Below, one piece after another: positions 21,626-41,168 of a stretch of DNA of 64,000 nt; the first letter of the stretch is position 1, and every line of letters begins with the position of its first letter. Made by a program: the position numbers and the translations under genes. Source of the stretch: Escherichia coli. Its GTDB lineage: Bacteria > Pseudomonadota > Gammaproteobacteria > Enterobacterales > Enterobacteriaceae. Location: assembly GCF_024502345.1 (NCBI RefSeq), contig NZ_JALDNN010000001.1. One strand, 5' to 3'. The notes under the pieces were generated by a model. It was not told the DNA's origin. It ran no database searches and saw nothing but the letters and a program-made list of their open reading frames with translations.

Positions 21626-21641
21626 TGGCACGAACCCTGCA
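21626..21641 (+). promoter_or_regulatory. sigma54 (-24/-12) promoter upstream of astC
   Basis: TGGCACgaaccCTGCA, i.e. GG-N10-GC, about 70 nt upstream of the astC ATG. The ast operon is known to be nitrogen-regulated. Confidence 0.7.
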
Positions 21642-21677
21642 ATCTACATTTACAGCGCAAACATTACTTATAGTTAA

Positions 21678-27741
<6,064 letters not shown>

Positions 27742-27747
27742 TACTTA

Positions 27748-27780
27748 CCCGCAGAAATCATTCTGCGGGTATTAAGTTGC
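27748..27780 (+). terminator. putative intrinsic terminator after astE
   Basis: Stem cccgcagaa / ttctgcggg with a 4-nt loop, followed by a weak T-rich stretch. Confidence 0.5.
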
Positions 27781-27914
27781 TTTCTTATAAATTAATACAG
27801 ATTAATCCTGGTTATTTGCTTTATTTATCACCAGTCATCCGGTATAGTTCTTCATAATCTCTGCAAAATCATCGTGTTGTAATATTCGCTCATCACTCTC
27901 CATCAAATTTTCTT

Positions 27915-27932
27915 TTTTTCTCCATAATTGGC
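27915..27932 (+). promoter_or_regulatory. BaeR-box-like site upstream of spy
   Basis: tttttctccataattggc matches the BaeR binding motif (TTTTTCTCCATDATTGGC) as I recall it; located about 150 nt upstream of the spy ATG. Confidence 0.6.
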
Positions 27933-27940
27933 GCAAAAGT

Positions 27941-27956
27941 GTTTTTTACACTTTCA
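27941..27956 (-). promoter_or_regulatory. possible CpxR half-site pair upstream of spy
   Basis: Reverse complement reads GTAAAacaatGAAAG, close to GTAAA-N5-GTAAA. Confidence 0.35.
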
Positions 27957-27970
27957 TTGTTTTACCGTTG

Positions 27971-27998
27971 CTCTGATTAATTGACGCTAAAGTCAGTA
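27971..27998 (+). promoter_or_regulatory. candidate sigma70 promoter of spy
   Basis: -35 TTGACG (27971-27976), 16-nt spacer, -10 TAATCT (27993-27998). Confidence 0.45.
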
Positions 27999-28070
27999 AA
28001 GTTAATCTCGTCAACACGGCACGCTACTTAAGAAAGCCGTAATAAATAACTGAAAGGAAGGATATAGAAT

Positions 28071-28556
28071 ATGCGTAAATTAACTGCACTGTTTGTTGCC
28101 TCTACCCTGGCTCTTGGCGCGGCTAACCTGGCCCATGCCGCAGACACCACTACCGCAGCACCGGCTGACGCGAAGCCGATGATGCACCACAAAGGCAAGT
28201 TCGGTCCGCATCAGGACATGATGTTCAAAGACCTGAACCTGACCGACGCGCAGAAACAGCAGATCCGCGAAATCATGAAAGGCCAGCGTGACCAGATGAA
28301 ACGTCCGCCGCTGGAAGAACGCCGCGCAATGCATGACATCATTGCCAGCGATACCTTCGATAAAGCAAAAGCTGAAGCGCAGATCGCAAAAATGGAAGAA
28401 CAGCGCAAAGCTAACATGCTGGCGCACATGGAAACCCAGAACAAAATTTACAACATCCTGACGCCGGAACAGAAAAAGCAATTTAATGCTAATTTTGAGA
28501 AGCGTCTGACAGAACGTCCAGCGGCAAAAGGTAAAATGCCTGCAACTGCTGAATAA
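28071..28556 (+). CDS. spy: periplasmic ATP-independent chaperone Spy
   Basis: 161-aa product with a signal peptide MRKLTALFVASTLALGAANLAHA and LTDAQKQQIREI motifs. Confidence 0.95.
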   Translation: MRKLTALFVASTLALGAANLAHAADTTTAAPADAKPMMHHKGKFGPHQDMMFKDLNLTDAQKQQIREIMKGQRDQMKRPPLEERRAMHDIIASDTFDKAKAEAQIAKMEEQRKANMLAHMETQNKIYNILTPEQKKQFNANFEKRLTERPAAKGKMPATAE

Positions 28557-28577
28557 TCTTTCAGCCAAAAAACTTAA

Positions 28578-28645
28578 GACCGCCGGTCTTGTCCACTACC
28601 TTGCAGTAATGCGGTGGACAGGATCGGCGGTTTTCTTTTCTCTTC
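28578..28645 (+). terminator. intrinsic terminator after spy
   Basis: Long imperfect hairpin ccgccggtcttgtccac ... gtggacaggatcggcgg followed by TTTTCTTTTCTCTTC. Confidence 0.7.
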
Positions 28646-28680
28646 TCAAACAGTTGTAAAAAAAGCCTGATCACCACTAA

Positions 28681-30181
<1,501 letters not shown>

Positions 30182-30196
30182 TGTTGACTCCGAATG

Positions 30197-30212
30197 CTGG
30201 TTATCTATCCAG
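30197..30212. promoter_or_regulatory. candidate LexA (SOS) box upstream of cho
   Basis: CTGgttatctatcCAG (CTG-N10-CAG) 16-31 nt upstream of the cho start; cho is known to be SOS-regulated. Confidence 0.35.
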
Positions 30213-30274
30213 TGTAACAGGCGGGAAGCGATTAAAAAAGAGGCGGGTTGATGACAAAGGTTACACCGTCTGAC

Positions 30275-30370
30275 GTGCTACGCCTGTCAGGCCTATTCGA
30301 CTCCTGCAATGCATTGAATTTGCATAGTTTTGTAGGTCGAATAAGGCGTTCACGCCGCATCCGGCGTGAA
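30275..30370. repeat. REP / BIME elements between cho and nadE
   Basis: ...ttgtaggtcgaataaggcgttcacgccgcatccggcgtgaac..., the canonical REP consensus, plus a second partial copy. Confidence 0.75.
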
Positions 30371-30410
30371 CAAATTACTCTTTTTCGCACAATCCAATAG
30401 GTGCAAATTA

Positions 30411-31238
30411 TTACTTTTTCCAGAAATCATCGAAAACGGTAATTGGCGGACGGCGTTTATGTGCGGTTTTCAGATACCAGTTCTCTATTGTTCTGGCGAC
30501 CTGTTCAGGTACGTTTTTCCCTTCCAGATAGTCGTCGATATTGTCATAGGTCACGCCGAGTGCCACTTCATCTGGCAGAGAAGGGCGATCATCTTCCAGA
30601 TCGGCCGTTGGCGCTTTCTTATAAAGGTGTTCCGGGCAACCTAATGCCGCCAGTAACTGTTTACCCTGACGTTTGTTGAGACGATACAGCGGATTAATGT
30701 CCGTACCGCCGTCACCATATTTAGTGAAGAATCCGGTAATGGCTTCTGCTGCATGATCGGTGCCCACCACGACACCGCTGGTCATACCCGCAATGCTATA
30801 TTGTGCTTTCATCCGCTCACGCGCTTTTTCATTGCCACGGACAAAATCGCTCAGTTCAATGCCTGCTTCCCGCAATGCCTGCTCGCTAGCCAATACCGCG
30901 CCCTTGATATTAACGGTTAATACGCGATCCGGTTGAATAAAGGCAATGGCATCCTGGCAATCTTGTTCGTCGGCCTGAATACCATAGGGCAGGCGTACGG
31001 CAATAAATTGCAGTGATTCGTTGCCGGTTTCCTGGCGCAGCTCATTAATCGCCATCTGGCACAGCTTTCCGGCAAGCGTGGAGTCCTGACCGCCGCTGAT
31101 CCCGAGCACCAGTGATTTAATGAACGGATAAGTTCGCAGGTAGCTTTTCAGAAAATCGACACTACGACGAATTTCCTCTTCGGCATTAATCTGCGGTTTT
31201 GCGCCCAGCGCCTTTATTATTTGTTGTTGCAATGTCAT
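30411..31238 (-). CDS. nadE: NH3-dependent NAD+ synthetase
   Basis: 275-aa [34 protein letters not shown]...SGGQDS... Confidence 0.95.
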   Translation of the reverse strand: MTLQQQIIKALGAKPQINAEEEIRRSVDFLKSYLRTYPFIKSLVLGISGGQDSTLAGKLCQMAINELRQETGNESLQFIAVRLPYGIQADEQDCQDAIAFIQPDRVLTVNIKGAVLASEQALREAGIELSDFVRGNEKARERMKAQYSIAGMTSGVVVGTDHAAEAITGFFTKYGDGGTDINPLYRLNKRQGKQLLAALGCPEHLYKKAPTADLEDDRPSLPDEVALGVTYDNIDDYLEGKNVPEQVARTIENWYLKTAHKRRPPITVFDDFWKK

Positions 31239-31439
31239 TGAACCCCTCCAGACAGAAAAGACAAAACTTCCTTAAAGCTAACCCGTTGCCACTGAAACGA
31301 CAAGCGACAGCGGGCTGAATGGTGGTTAAAACGTCATACAGGAATCCTCTGAAAGCGGAGCCGTTTCGTTCATGGGCTTGAAAAAGCGCCCAATGTATTC
31401 CAGGCTTATCTAACACGCTGATAAACAAGAGGACGGAAT

Positions 31440-31778
31440 ATGAACAAGAATATGGCAGGAATTCTGAGTGCAGCGGCGGTATTAACCATGCTGGCGGGTT
31501 GTACGGCTTATGATCGTACCAAAGACCAGTTTGTACAGCCTGTGGTGAAAGACGTCAAAAAAGGCATGAGCCGGGCGCAGGTTGCACAAATTGCGGGTAA
31601 ACCTTCGTCTGAAGTGAGCATGATCCATGCTCGTGGTACTTGCCAGACCTACATCCTGGGTCAACGTGATGGTAAAGCAGAAACCTACTTTGTCGCGTTA
31701 GATGATACCGGACATGTCATCAACTCCGGTTATCAGACCTGTGCTGAATACGACACTGATCCACAGGCTGCGAAGTAA
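31440..31778 (+). CDS. osmE: osmotically inducible lipoprotein E
   Basis: 112-aa product with lipobox LAGC. Confidence 0.92.
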
Positions 31779-31808
31779 TCACTTCGTCTGAAAGCTTGAG
31801 TAACAACG

Positions 31809-31836
31809 GAAACCGGCCATTGCGCCGGTTTTTTTT
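31809..31836 (+). terminator. intrinsic terminator after osmE
   Basis: aaccggc cattgc gccggtt followed by a T8 run. Confidence 0.8.
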
Positions 31837-32076
31837 GGTCTGAGTTCTTAATTATCTTCGCGAATTATTTACCCGAAATGTGAAGAGGGTCATAACCGCA
31901 GGTCAAGGAGAGACAATTTATAAGGTCAAAGAAATACTATTGCTCAGGTCTATACCGTATACTCCTTTCAGCCACAAAAAAAGTCATGTTGGTTTCGCAA
32001 GTTACCCAGAGCATGGAAGCAGGTTAAGGCTTGCGGAGTGTCTGGCTGACAGATAATCGTCGATGAGGGCAGTTTT

Positions 32077-32397
32077 ATGGAAAAGAAACACATTTATCTG
32101 TTTTGTTCTGCGGGCATGTCTACCTCTTTACTGGTATCAAAAATGCGTGCACAGGCAGAAAAATATGAAGTTCCGGTCATTATTGAAGCATTTCCGGAAA
32201 CACTGGCTGGTGAAAAAGGTCAGAATGCCGATGTCGTGTTATTAGGGCCGCAGATTGCTTATATGTTGCCCGAAATCCAGCGTTTGTTACCCAACAAACC
32301 GGTTGAAGTAATTGACTCGCTGCTTTATGGCAAAGTCGATGGTTTAGGCGTGCTTAAGGCTGCGGTTGCAGCGATTAAAAAAGCCGCAGCAAATTAA
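32077..32397 (+). CDS. chbB: PTS chitobiose-specific EIIB
   Basis: 106-aa [29 protein letters not shown]... with the active-site Cys. Confidence 0.93.
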   Translation: MEKKHIYLFCSAGMSTSLLVSKMRAQAEKYEVPVIIEAFPETLAGEKGQNADVVLLGPQIAYMLPEIQRLLPNKPVEVIDSLLYGKVDGLGVLKAAVAAIKKAAAN

Positions 32398-32481
32398 TTT
32401 ATTTTAAATTTTCCCGTCAAAGAGTTATTTCATAAATCAATACCGCAATATTTAAATTGCGGTTTTTAAGGGTATTTTTCT

Positions 32482-33840
32482 ATGAGTAATGTTATTGCAT
32501 CGCTTGAAAAGGTACTCCTCCCTTTTGCAGTTAAAATAGGAAAGCAGCCACACGTTAATGCAATCAAAAATGGCTTTATACGCTTAATGCCGTTAACCCT
32601 TGCGGGGGCCATGTTTGTATTAATTAACAACGTTTTTCTAAGCTTTGGGGAGGGGTCGTTTTTTTATTCCTTAGGTATTCGCCTCGACGCCTCAACCATT
32701 GAAACACTTAATGGTCTGAAAGGTATTGGCGGCAACGTATATAACGGAACATTAGGGATAATGTCTTTAATGGCACCGTTCTTTATTGGCATGGCGCTGG
32801 CAGAAGAGCGTAAAGTCGATGCGCTGGCGGCTGGGTTGTTATCCGTTGCAGCATTTATGACCGTCACCCCATATAGTGTCGGTGAGGCCTATGCGGTTGG
32901 CGCAAACTGGTTAGGTGGGGCGAATATCATCTCCGGGATTATTATTGGCCTGGTGGTGGCAGAAATGTTTACCTTTATTGTCCGCCGCAATTGGGTCATT
33001 AAACTGCCCGACAGCGTACCTGCTTCAGTATCGCGTTCCTTCTCGGCATTAATTCCCGGCTTTATTATTCTTTCCGTGATGGGGATTATTGCCTGGGCGT
33101 TGAATACCTGGGGCACCAACTTCCATCAGATCATTATGGATACCATCTCAACCCCACTGGCATCGTTGGGTAGCGTGGTGGGCTGGGCCTATGTGATCTT
33201 TGTTCCACTGCTCTGGTTCTTCGGTATTCATGGCGCGCTGGCGCTGACCGCACTGGACAACGGCATTATGACGCCGTGGGCGCTGGAAAATATCGCGACC
33301 TATCAGCAATATGGTTCCGTCGAAGCGGCGCTGGCAGCCGGTAAGACCTTCCATATCTGGGCCAAGCCGATGCTGGACTCCTTTATTTTCCTTGGGGGCA
33401 GTGGTGCGACTTTAGGCCTGATCCTGGCTATCTTTATCGCCTCTCGCCGTGCTGATTATCGTCAGGTGGCAAAACTGGCGCTGCCGTCCGGCATCTTCCA
33501 AATTAACGAACCGATTCTGTTTGGTCTGCCAATTATCATGAACCCGGTGATGTTTATCCCGTTTGTACTGGTACAACCGATTCTGGCGGCAATCACCCTG
33601 GCAGCGTACTACATGGGCATTATTCCTCCGGTGACCAATATTGCACCGTGGACCATGCCAACCGGTCTGGGAGCCTTCTTTAACACCAACGGTAGCGTCG
33701 CCGCATTGCTGGTTGCACTCTTCAACCTTGGTATCGCAACGTTAATTTATCTGCCCTTTGTTGTGGTGGCTAACAAAGCACAAAACGCGATTGATAAAGA
33801 AGAGAGCGAAGAAGATATCGCTAACGCCCTGAAATTTTAA
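32482..33840 (+). CDS. chbC: PTS chitobiose-specific EIIC
   Basis: 452-aa polytopic permease. Confidence 0.93.
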
Positions 33841-33890
33841 TCGATGCCGGTACGGGTAATCGTGCCGGTAAGAATAGAGAGGAACGATGT

Positions 33891-34241
33891 ATGATGGATC
33901 TCGATAATATTCCCGATACGCAAACGGAAGCTGAAGAGCTGGAAGAAGTGGTGATGGGGCTTATCATCAACTCCGGACAAGCGCGCAGCCTGGCGTATGC
34001 GGCACTGAAACAGGCGAAGCAGGGCGATTTTGCCGCAGCAAAAGCCATGATGGATCAGTCACGGATGGCATTGAATGAAGCACATCTGGTACAGACGAAA
34101 CTGATTGAAGGCGATGCGGGCGAAGGTAAGATGAAAGTGAGTCTGGTGCTGGTCCACGCTCAGGATCATTTAATGACGTCCATGCTTGCGCGTGAACTGA
34201 TTACCGAATTAATTGAGCTTCATGAAAAACTGAAAGCATAA
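33891..34241 (+). CDS. chbA: PTS chitobiose-specific EIIA
   Basis: 116-aa [33 protein letters not shown]... Confidence 0.93.
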   Translation: MMDLDNIPDTQTEAEELEEVVMGLIINSGQARSLAYAALKQAKQGDFAAAKAMMDQSRMALNEAHLVQTKLIEGDAGEGKMKVSLVLVHAQDHLMTSMLARELITELIELHEKLKA

Positions 34242-34248
34242 GGAGTCG

Positions 34249-35091
34249 ATGATGCAGCCAGTGATTAACGCGCCGGAAATTGCCACTGCCCGAGAACAGC
34301 AGTTGTTTAATGGCAAAAACTTCCATGTGTTTATCTATAACAAAACTGAGAGTATCAGCGGACTGCATCAGCACGACTATTATGAATTTACTCTGGTATT
34401 AACCGGGCGTTATTTCCAGGAGATTAACGGTAAGCGCGTGTTACTGGAACGGGGCGATTTTGTTTTTATTCCGTTAGGTTCGTACCATCAAAGTTTTTAT
34501 GAGTTTGGTGCCACGCGCATATTGAACGTTGGGATCAGTAAACGCTTTTTTGAGCAGCATTACCTGCCATTGTTGCCTTATTGCTTTGTAGCTTCGCAGG
34601 TATACCGGACCAATAACGCTTTTCTCACCTATGTGGAAACAGTGATTTCTTCATTGAATTTCCGCGAAACAGGGCTGGAAGAGTTTGTTGAGATGGTTAC
34701 TTTTTATGTCATTAACCGTTTACGTCATTACCGCGAAGAACAGGTGATTGATGATGTACCGCAGTGGCTGAAAAGTACGGTAGAAAAGATGCATGATAAA
34801 GAGCAGTTTAGTGAATCGGCGCTGGAGAATATGGTGACGTTGTCAGCCAAATCACAGGAATATTTGACGCGGGCGACTCAACGATATTATGGCAAAACGC
34901 CAATGCAGATTATTAATGAAATCCGTATTAATTTTGCCAAAAAACAACTGGAAATGACCAACTATTCAGTGACGGATATTGCGTTTGAGTCCGGTTATAG
35001 TAGCCCGAGTTTGTTTATTAAAACGTTTAAGAAATTAACGTCCTTTACGCCTAAGAGCTATCGTAAGAAATTGACTGAATTTAATCTGTAA
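34249..35091 (+). CDS. chbR: AraC-family dual regulator of the chb operon
   Basis: 280-aa product with a C-terminal AraC-type HTH. Confidence 0.92.
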   Translation: MMQPVINAPEIATAREQQLFNGKNFHVFIYNKTESISGLHQHDYYEFTLVLTGRYFQEINGKRVLLERGDFVFIPLGSYHQSFYEFGATRILNVGISKRFFEQHYLPLLPYCFVASQVYRTNNAFLTYVETVISSLNFRETGLEEFVEMVTFYVINRLRHYREEQVIDDVPQWLKSTVEKMHDKEQFSESALENMVTLSAKSQEYLTRATQRYYGKTPMQIINEIRINFAKKQLEMTNYSVTDIAFESGYSSPSLFIKTFKKLTSFTPKSYRKKLTEFNL

Positions 35092-35194
35092 GTCGTTATA
35101 CCTGACAATTCACATATCTGTCCTGTTGCTGGATTATTTATGTCCGGGGGGCAGATATGCCAGATATCAGTATTCTGTACTGAAGGGAGAAATT

Positions 35195-36547
35195 ATGAGC
35201 CAGAAATTAAAAGTCGTCACTATTGGTGGCGGGAGCAGCTATACCCCGGAGTTACTGGAAGGATTTATTAAGCGTTATCACGAATTGCCGGTCAGCGAAT
35301 TATGGCTGGTGGATGTCGAAGGTGGCAAAGCTAAACTGGATATTATTTTCGATCTCTGCCAACGGATGATTGATAACGCTGGCGTCCCGATGAAGCTTTA
35401 TAAAACGCTGGATCGCCGCGAAGCATTGAAAGATGCTGATTTCGTTACTACCCAACTGCGCGTAGGCCAATTACCGGCGCGCGAACTGGATGAACGTATT
35501 CCGTTAAGTCATGGTTATCTTGGTCAGGAAACCAACGGCGCGGGCGGTCTGTTTAAAGGTCTGCGTACCATTCCGGTGATTTTTGACATCGTAAAAGATG
35601 TCGAAGAACTTTGTCCGAATGCATGGGTGATTAACTTCACTAACCCGGCGGGAATGGTCACTGAAGCCGTTTATCGTCATACCGGATTTAAACGTTTTAT
35701 CGGCGTGTGTAATATTCCGATCGGCATGAAGATGTTTATTCGCGATGTTCTGATGCTGAAAGACAGCGATGATTTATCTATCGATCTGTTCGGCCTCAAC
35801 CATATGGTGTTCATTAAGGATGTGCTGGTAAATGGCAAATCTCGCTTTGCCGAATTACTTGATGGTGTGGCATCCGGGCAGTTAAAAGCATCTGGCGTTA
35901 AAAATATTTTCGATCTGCCATTTAGCGAAGGCTTAATTCGTTCTCTGAATCTGTTGCCGTGTTCTTATTTGCTTTATTACTTCAAGCAAAAAGAGATGCT
36001 GGCTATTGAAATGGGCGAATACTACAAAGGCGGCGCACGAGCGCAGGTAGTACAGAAAGTCGAGAAACAACTTTTTGAGCTGTATAAAAACCCGGAGTTG
36101 AAAGTTAAGCCGAAAGAACTGGAACAGCGCGGTGGGGCTTATTACTCTGATGCAGCGTGCGAAGTGATCAACGCTATCTACAACGACAAGCAAGCAGAAC
36201 ATTACGTTAATATCCCGCATCATGGGCATATTGATAATATTCCGGCAGACTGGGCGGTAGAAATGACCTGTACGCTGGGGCGCGATGGCGCGACGCCACA
36301 TCCGCGCATTACGCATTTCGATGATAAAGTGATGGGGCTGATTCACACCATTAAAGGCTTCGAGATTGCTGCCAGCAACGCCGCACTTAGCGGAGAATTT
36401 AACGATGTGTTACTGGCGCTAAACCTTAGTCCGTTGGTGCATTCCGATCGCGATGCTGAGCTGCTGGCACGCGAGATGATTCTGGCGCACGAGAAATGGC
36501 TGCCAAATTTTGCCGACTGCATCGCAGAGCTTAAAAAAGCACATTAA
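35195..36547 (+). CDS. chbF: 6-phospho-beta-glucosidase (GH4, NAD+/Mn2+ dependent)
   Basis: 450-aa MSQKLKVVTIGGGSSYTPELLEGF...; start at the ATG 23 codons inside the track ORF. Confidence 0.92.
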   Translation: MSQKLKVVTIGGGSSYTPELLEGFIKRYHELPVSELWLVDVEGGKAKLDIIFDLCQRMIDNAGVPMKLYKTLDRREALKDADFVTTQLRVGQLPARELDERIPLSHGYLGQETNGAGGLFKGLRTIPVIFDIVKDVEELCPNAWVINFTNPAGMVTEAVYRHTGFKRFIGVCNIPIGMKMFIRDVLMLKDSDDLSIDLFGLNHMVFIKDVLVNGKSRFAELLDGVASGQLKASGVKNIFDLPFSEGLIRSLNLLPCSYLLYYFKQKEMLAIEMGEYYKGGARAQVVQKVEKQLFELYKNPELKVKPKELEQRGGAYYSDAACEVINAIYNDKQAEHYVNIPHHGHIDNIPADWAVEMTCTLGRDGATPHPRITHFDDKVMGLIHTIKGFEIAASNAALSGEFNDVLLALNLSPLVHSDRDAELLAREMILAHEKWLPNFADCIAELKKAH

Positions 36548-37318
<771 letters not shown>

Positions 37319-37328
37319 GTAAGGTGGT

Positions 37329-37356
37329 AAGGTCACTCCCCAGGGGACGTGACCTT
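37329..37356. terminator. bidirectional terminator-like hairpin between convergent chbG and katE
   Basis: aaggtcac tccccagggga c gtgacctt: 8-bp stem with an internally palindromic loop, in the 46-nt gap between convergent stops. Confidence 0.55.
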
Positions 37357-37364
37357 ATCCATAT

Positions 37365-39626
37365 TTACGCCGGAATTTTGTCAATCTTAGGAATGCGTGA
37401 CCACACGCGGTGTGCTGCCATCAGCGTTAACAGTTCATCCATAAAACTACCGTCGGCGCTGTCAGCTTCCACAATCCCTTCTTCACCCTGGTCAGCGACC
37501 TTGATTGTTGCTTTAAACTTGCGCGCGTCTCCCGCCAGCGCAATCGGTTTAAGGTGTTTGTAGGCTTCCATCAGGTAGTAGTTGGCATCGCCGTTGTCAG
37601 CGATATCCGCGATATTGCCGCAAGGGACAATGACCGCATCGACCGTCAGCGAAGGCGCACCGGCAAAGGTAGCGGCTATAGGCAACACCGTACCGTCATC
37701 CGCAGTCACTTCACCCATTCGGGAGTAGAGCAGTTTGGCATGAACGCCTTTGGCCTTCAGGGCCTTAAGAATGGCCAGAAGGTCTGCCGATCTCACTTCA
37801 TCATTAAGTAAAATCGCTACCACGCGACCTTTCACATCACCGTCAGGAATGGCGTACAAACTTAAGGATGGATCCTTTTTCAGACCGTTGACGTCCGGAG
37901 GTGGGGTGATATTCAGCTGGTCGTCAGTCAGTTCGATACCGAGATTTTTCGCCACCGCCTGGGCCAGAGTGAGATCAATATGCGCCAGCTGGTCAACAAC
38001 GCGCTCACGAATATACGGACGAACGACTTTGCTTAACTCAAAACTGAAACCATCGACAATATGACGCTGCTCGAATGGCGTCTGACTTAGCCAGAACAGA
38101 CGCGGATGGGAATAATATTCGCCAAAAGATGGACTGCGCTCGCGAACTTTATTTCCTTCCACGCGTTCCTGATATGATTCAAAACCGCCGCGTTTCGGTC
38201 CCGGCGGTGTTTCGCGCGGCCAGTTATCGTTGATCGAGTTCGGTTCGTAATTCGCCGGGTTAGTGTCGATCCCCATACGATGCATGCCATCACGCTGGAA
38301 GTTGTGGTAAGGGCAGGTCGGACGGTTAATCGGAATCTCATGGAAATTCGGCCCACCAAGACGACTGATTTGTGTATCGGTATAGGAGAACAAACGTCCC
38401 TGCAACAGCGGATCGTTGGTGAAGTCCAGTCCCGGCACGATATGCCCAGGATGGAAAGCCGCCTGTTCGTTTTCAGCAAAGAAGTTATCCGGGTTGCGAT
38501 TGAGCACCATTTTGCCGACACGCTGAACGGGCACCAGTTCTTCCGGGATAAGTTTGGTTGGATCGAGAAGATCGAAGTCGAACTTGAATTCATCTTCTTC
38601 AGGAATCAACTGGAAGCCCAGTTCGTATTCCGGAAAATCGCCTGCTTCAATGGCTTCCCACAACTCGCGGCGGTGGAAGTCCGGGTCACGTCCGGTTAGT
38701 TTTTGTGCTTCATCCCAAACGAGTGAGGCTTTACCTGCCAGTGGTTTCCAGTGGAAACGTACAAACGTTGCCTTCCCTTCGGCATTAATCAGGCGGAAGG
38801 TATGAATACCAAAGCCTTCCATGGTGCGGTAACTGCGGGGGATGCCGCGATCCGACATCGCCCACATCACGTTGTGCAGAGTTTCAGGTTGCAGAGAAAC
38901 ATAATCCCAGAAAGTATCGTGGGCGCTTTGCCCTTGTGGAATTGCCCAGTGTGGTTCTGGTTTTACCGCATGAACAAAATCGGGGAATTTATGCGCATCC
39001 TGGATAAAGAAGATTGGCGTGTTATTGCCAACAAGGTCAAAAATACCCTCTTCGGTATAGAATTTGGTGGCAAAGCCACGGATATCACGCACGGTATCGG
39101 CAGAGCCAGCACCACCCTGAACAGTAGAGAACCTAACAAATACTGGGGTGATTTTGTTCGGATCTGAGAGGAAATCCGCTTTGGTGATATCGCTTAAGCT
39201 TTTATATGGCTGGAAATAACCGTGAGCTGCTGATCCACGTGCATGAACAATACGTTCCGGGATGCGCTCATGGTCAAAGTGGGTGATTTTCTCGCGCAGA
39301 ATAAAATCTTCCAGCAGCGTTGGACCACGGCTACCGGCACGCAGTGAGTTTTGATCGTCGGCGATGCGCACGCCCTGATTAGTGGTCAGCGCATAATTTT
39401 CACTGCCTTTGCGTACGTCTTCCAGAGAATTAAGTTTTTCGTTACGTGTATCAGGGGCTTTCAGGCTCCCAGGGGCGGTAGGTTGTGCACCTGGCGGTGT
39501 TGGTTCAGCCGCTGGACGATGAGATCCGTCCTCAGGTGCCAGTGAGTCCATCCCCGGTTTCGCTTCGCTGGAATCGTGTAGTGGTGACTGGTGCTGATGT
39601 GGGTTCTTTTCGTTATGTTGCGACAT
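37365..39626 (-). CDS. katE: catalase HPII
   Basis: 753-aa [38 protein letters not shown]... Confidence 0.96.
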   Translation of the reverse strand: MSQHNEKNPHQHQSPLHDSSEAKPGMDSLAPEDGSHRPAAEPTPPGAQPTAPGSLKAPDTRNEKLNSLEDVRKGSENYALTTNQGVRIADDQNSLRAGSRGPTLLEDFILREKITHFDHERIPERIVHARGSAAHGYFQPYKSLSDITKADFLSDPNKITPVFVRFSTVQGGAGSADTVRDIRGFATKFYTEEGIFDLVGNNTPIFFIQDAHKFPDFVHAVKPEPHWAIPQGQSAHDTFWDYVSLQPETLHNVMWAMSDRGIPRSYRTMEGFGIHTFRLINAEGKATFVRFHWKPLAGKASLVWDEAQKLTGRDPDFHRRELWEAIEAGDFPEYELGFQLIPEEDEFKFDFDLLDPTKLIPEELVPVQRVGKMVLNRNPDNFFAENEQAAFHPGHIVPGLDFTNDPLLQGRLFSYTDTQISRLGGPNFHEIPINRPTCPYHNFQRDGMHRMGIDTNPANYEPNSINDNWPRETPPGPKRGGFESYQERVEGNKVRERSPSFGEYYSHPRLFWLSQTPFEQRHIVDGFSFELSKVVRPYIRERVVDQLAHIDLTLAQAVAKNLGIELTDDQLNITPPPDVNGLKKDPSLSLYAIPDGDVKGRVVAILLNDEVRSADLLAILKALKAKGVHAKLLYSRMGEVTADDGTVLPIAATFAGAPSLTVDAVIVPCGNIADIADNGDANYYLMEAYKHLKPIALAGDARKFKATIKVADQGEEGIVEADSADGSFMDELLTLMAAHRVWSRIPKIDKIPA

Positions 39627-39829
39627 TGAACTCGTCTCCTTAATTTATTACTGAAAGGGCCGCTGTTTTGGTCAAAAAACTCTCTAACTATAGACCACCA
39701 GCCAGATCCCGCTTCGGAGACTATTCTGGAAACGGTGTTATGAAATACACGCAAAGCGGGACGTACAGGGGCTAAATCGGCTAAACTACAGTTTTTCTAA
39801 TTTTTAATATGCGTTTAGTGAAGCCAGTA

Positions 39830-40072
39830 ATGAAGAAACCGCTCCGCCAGCAAAACCGCCAGATTATTAGCTATATCCCACGCACGGAACCCGCGCCGCC
39901 AGAACATGCGATAAAGATGGATTCGTTTCGTGATGTCTGGATGCTGCGTGGCAAATATGTTGCGTTTGTACTGATGGGAGAGTCATTTCTGCGCTCACCG
40001 GCGTTTACTGTGCCTGAATCTGCCCAACGTTGGGCAAATCAGATCCGCCAGGAAGGGGAAGTGACTGAGTAA
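39830..40072 (+). CDS. cedA: cell division modulator CedA
   Basis: 80-aa MKKPLRQQNRQIISYIPRTEPAPPEHAIKMDSFRDVWMLRGKYVAF... Confidence 0.88.
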   Translation: MKKPLRQQNRQIISYIPRTEPAPPEHAIKMDSFRDVWMLRGKYVAFVLMGESFLRSPAFTVPESAQRWANQIRQEGEVTE

Positions 40073-40360
40073 GGATTACATACCTCCCGGTTTTGCCGGG
40101 AGTTACATGACCTGAAATTCTGCATTTCGTTGCTACATTCATTCAAACCACCTGTAACAAAAAGCTGCCTTTGACGAGCTATTGCTATAAATAAGTGATC
40201 TTTTTTCTTTAATTGTTCATTTATTTTAAAATGGTTAAGTTTTGCTAATCATGATGAGCTATTTTTGATAGTTCATCCTGTGGCGTCGCGCTTAAACTTA
40301 TATTGTAAGTGACTTAGATTTAAATGAGATAATAATTTTGTTAACAATATGAGGCGGGAG

Positions 40361-41165
40361 ATGTTTTCTACAAACTTAATACAGAGTAATTATGGTGATT
40401 TAAATATTAAAAGCCTGGCTTTCGAATCTTTTAAAGAAAGGCTTGAGTCTACCATGGCGGCACTCACTTTCTTTATATCAACGGGTCAATGTGACTGCGA
40501 TGAAATAGCAGAGTCGAACTTCAATCGTATGATTGCCTATATGTCTAACATTAACTATGATGCCTCAAAGCCAGGAGCGCCAGCACTTAGTTTTGATACG
40601 TATCTGCAGGACAATGTTAAATATAGAGTGATAATTAATAATCTTTATGGCAGTGAGTTTCGGATAAGAGATGTTAATGAGAATTTTGTTGGGATGGATT
40701 TTACCTGTGAATTCCGACCCGAAAAAATGACGAATTTGATCAATATAAAAAATAGGTTGGTTATTCATTATTTAAGGACTATATACTATGAAAAAAATTA
40801 TATACATCCTGCCGGGAGCATTTTTGCTGCGATTCAAAAAAAATGAGAGTCTCCTAAAGTTTCCTTCGATAATATCAATGCTTAATATCAATCTTCTTTT
40901 TAATCCACTAAATCTTCCGGGAATGGGAAGTGGTGTGCTTGAAGATATTATGAGTATTCCAGATAGTTCACTTAGAAAACGTCTCGGGTATGAGGTTTTA
41001 AGCTTCTCACTACAGGCACATTCATTGAGCCAGGAATGTATTGATAAGTTGGACATTTTTTTCGCTGACGATCTGTTTAAATATGAGTCAGTATGCATCG
41101 CCGCGATGGAACATTTAAAAAGTAAAGCAACGGCCCCTATACAAAACGGACCGTTGCCAGCATAA
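40361..41165 (+). pseudogene. ydjO: AT-rich gene of unknown function, ydjO-like, with a frameshift between two poly-A tracts
   Basis: ORFs 40349-40846 and 40788-41165 overlap in different frames. Removing one A from the A8 run (40836-40843) or the A7 run (40791-40797) gives a single ORF of about 267 aa. Confidence 0.65.
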
Positions 41166-41168
41166 GAA

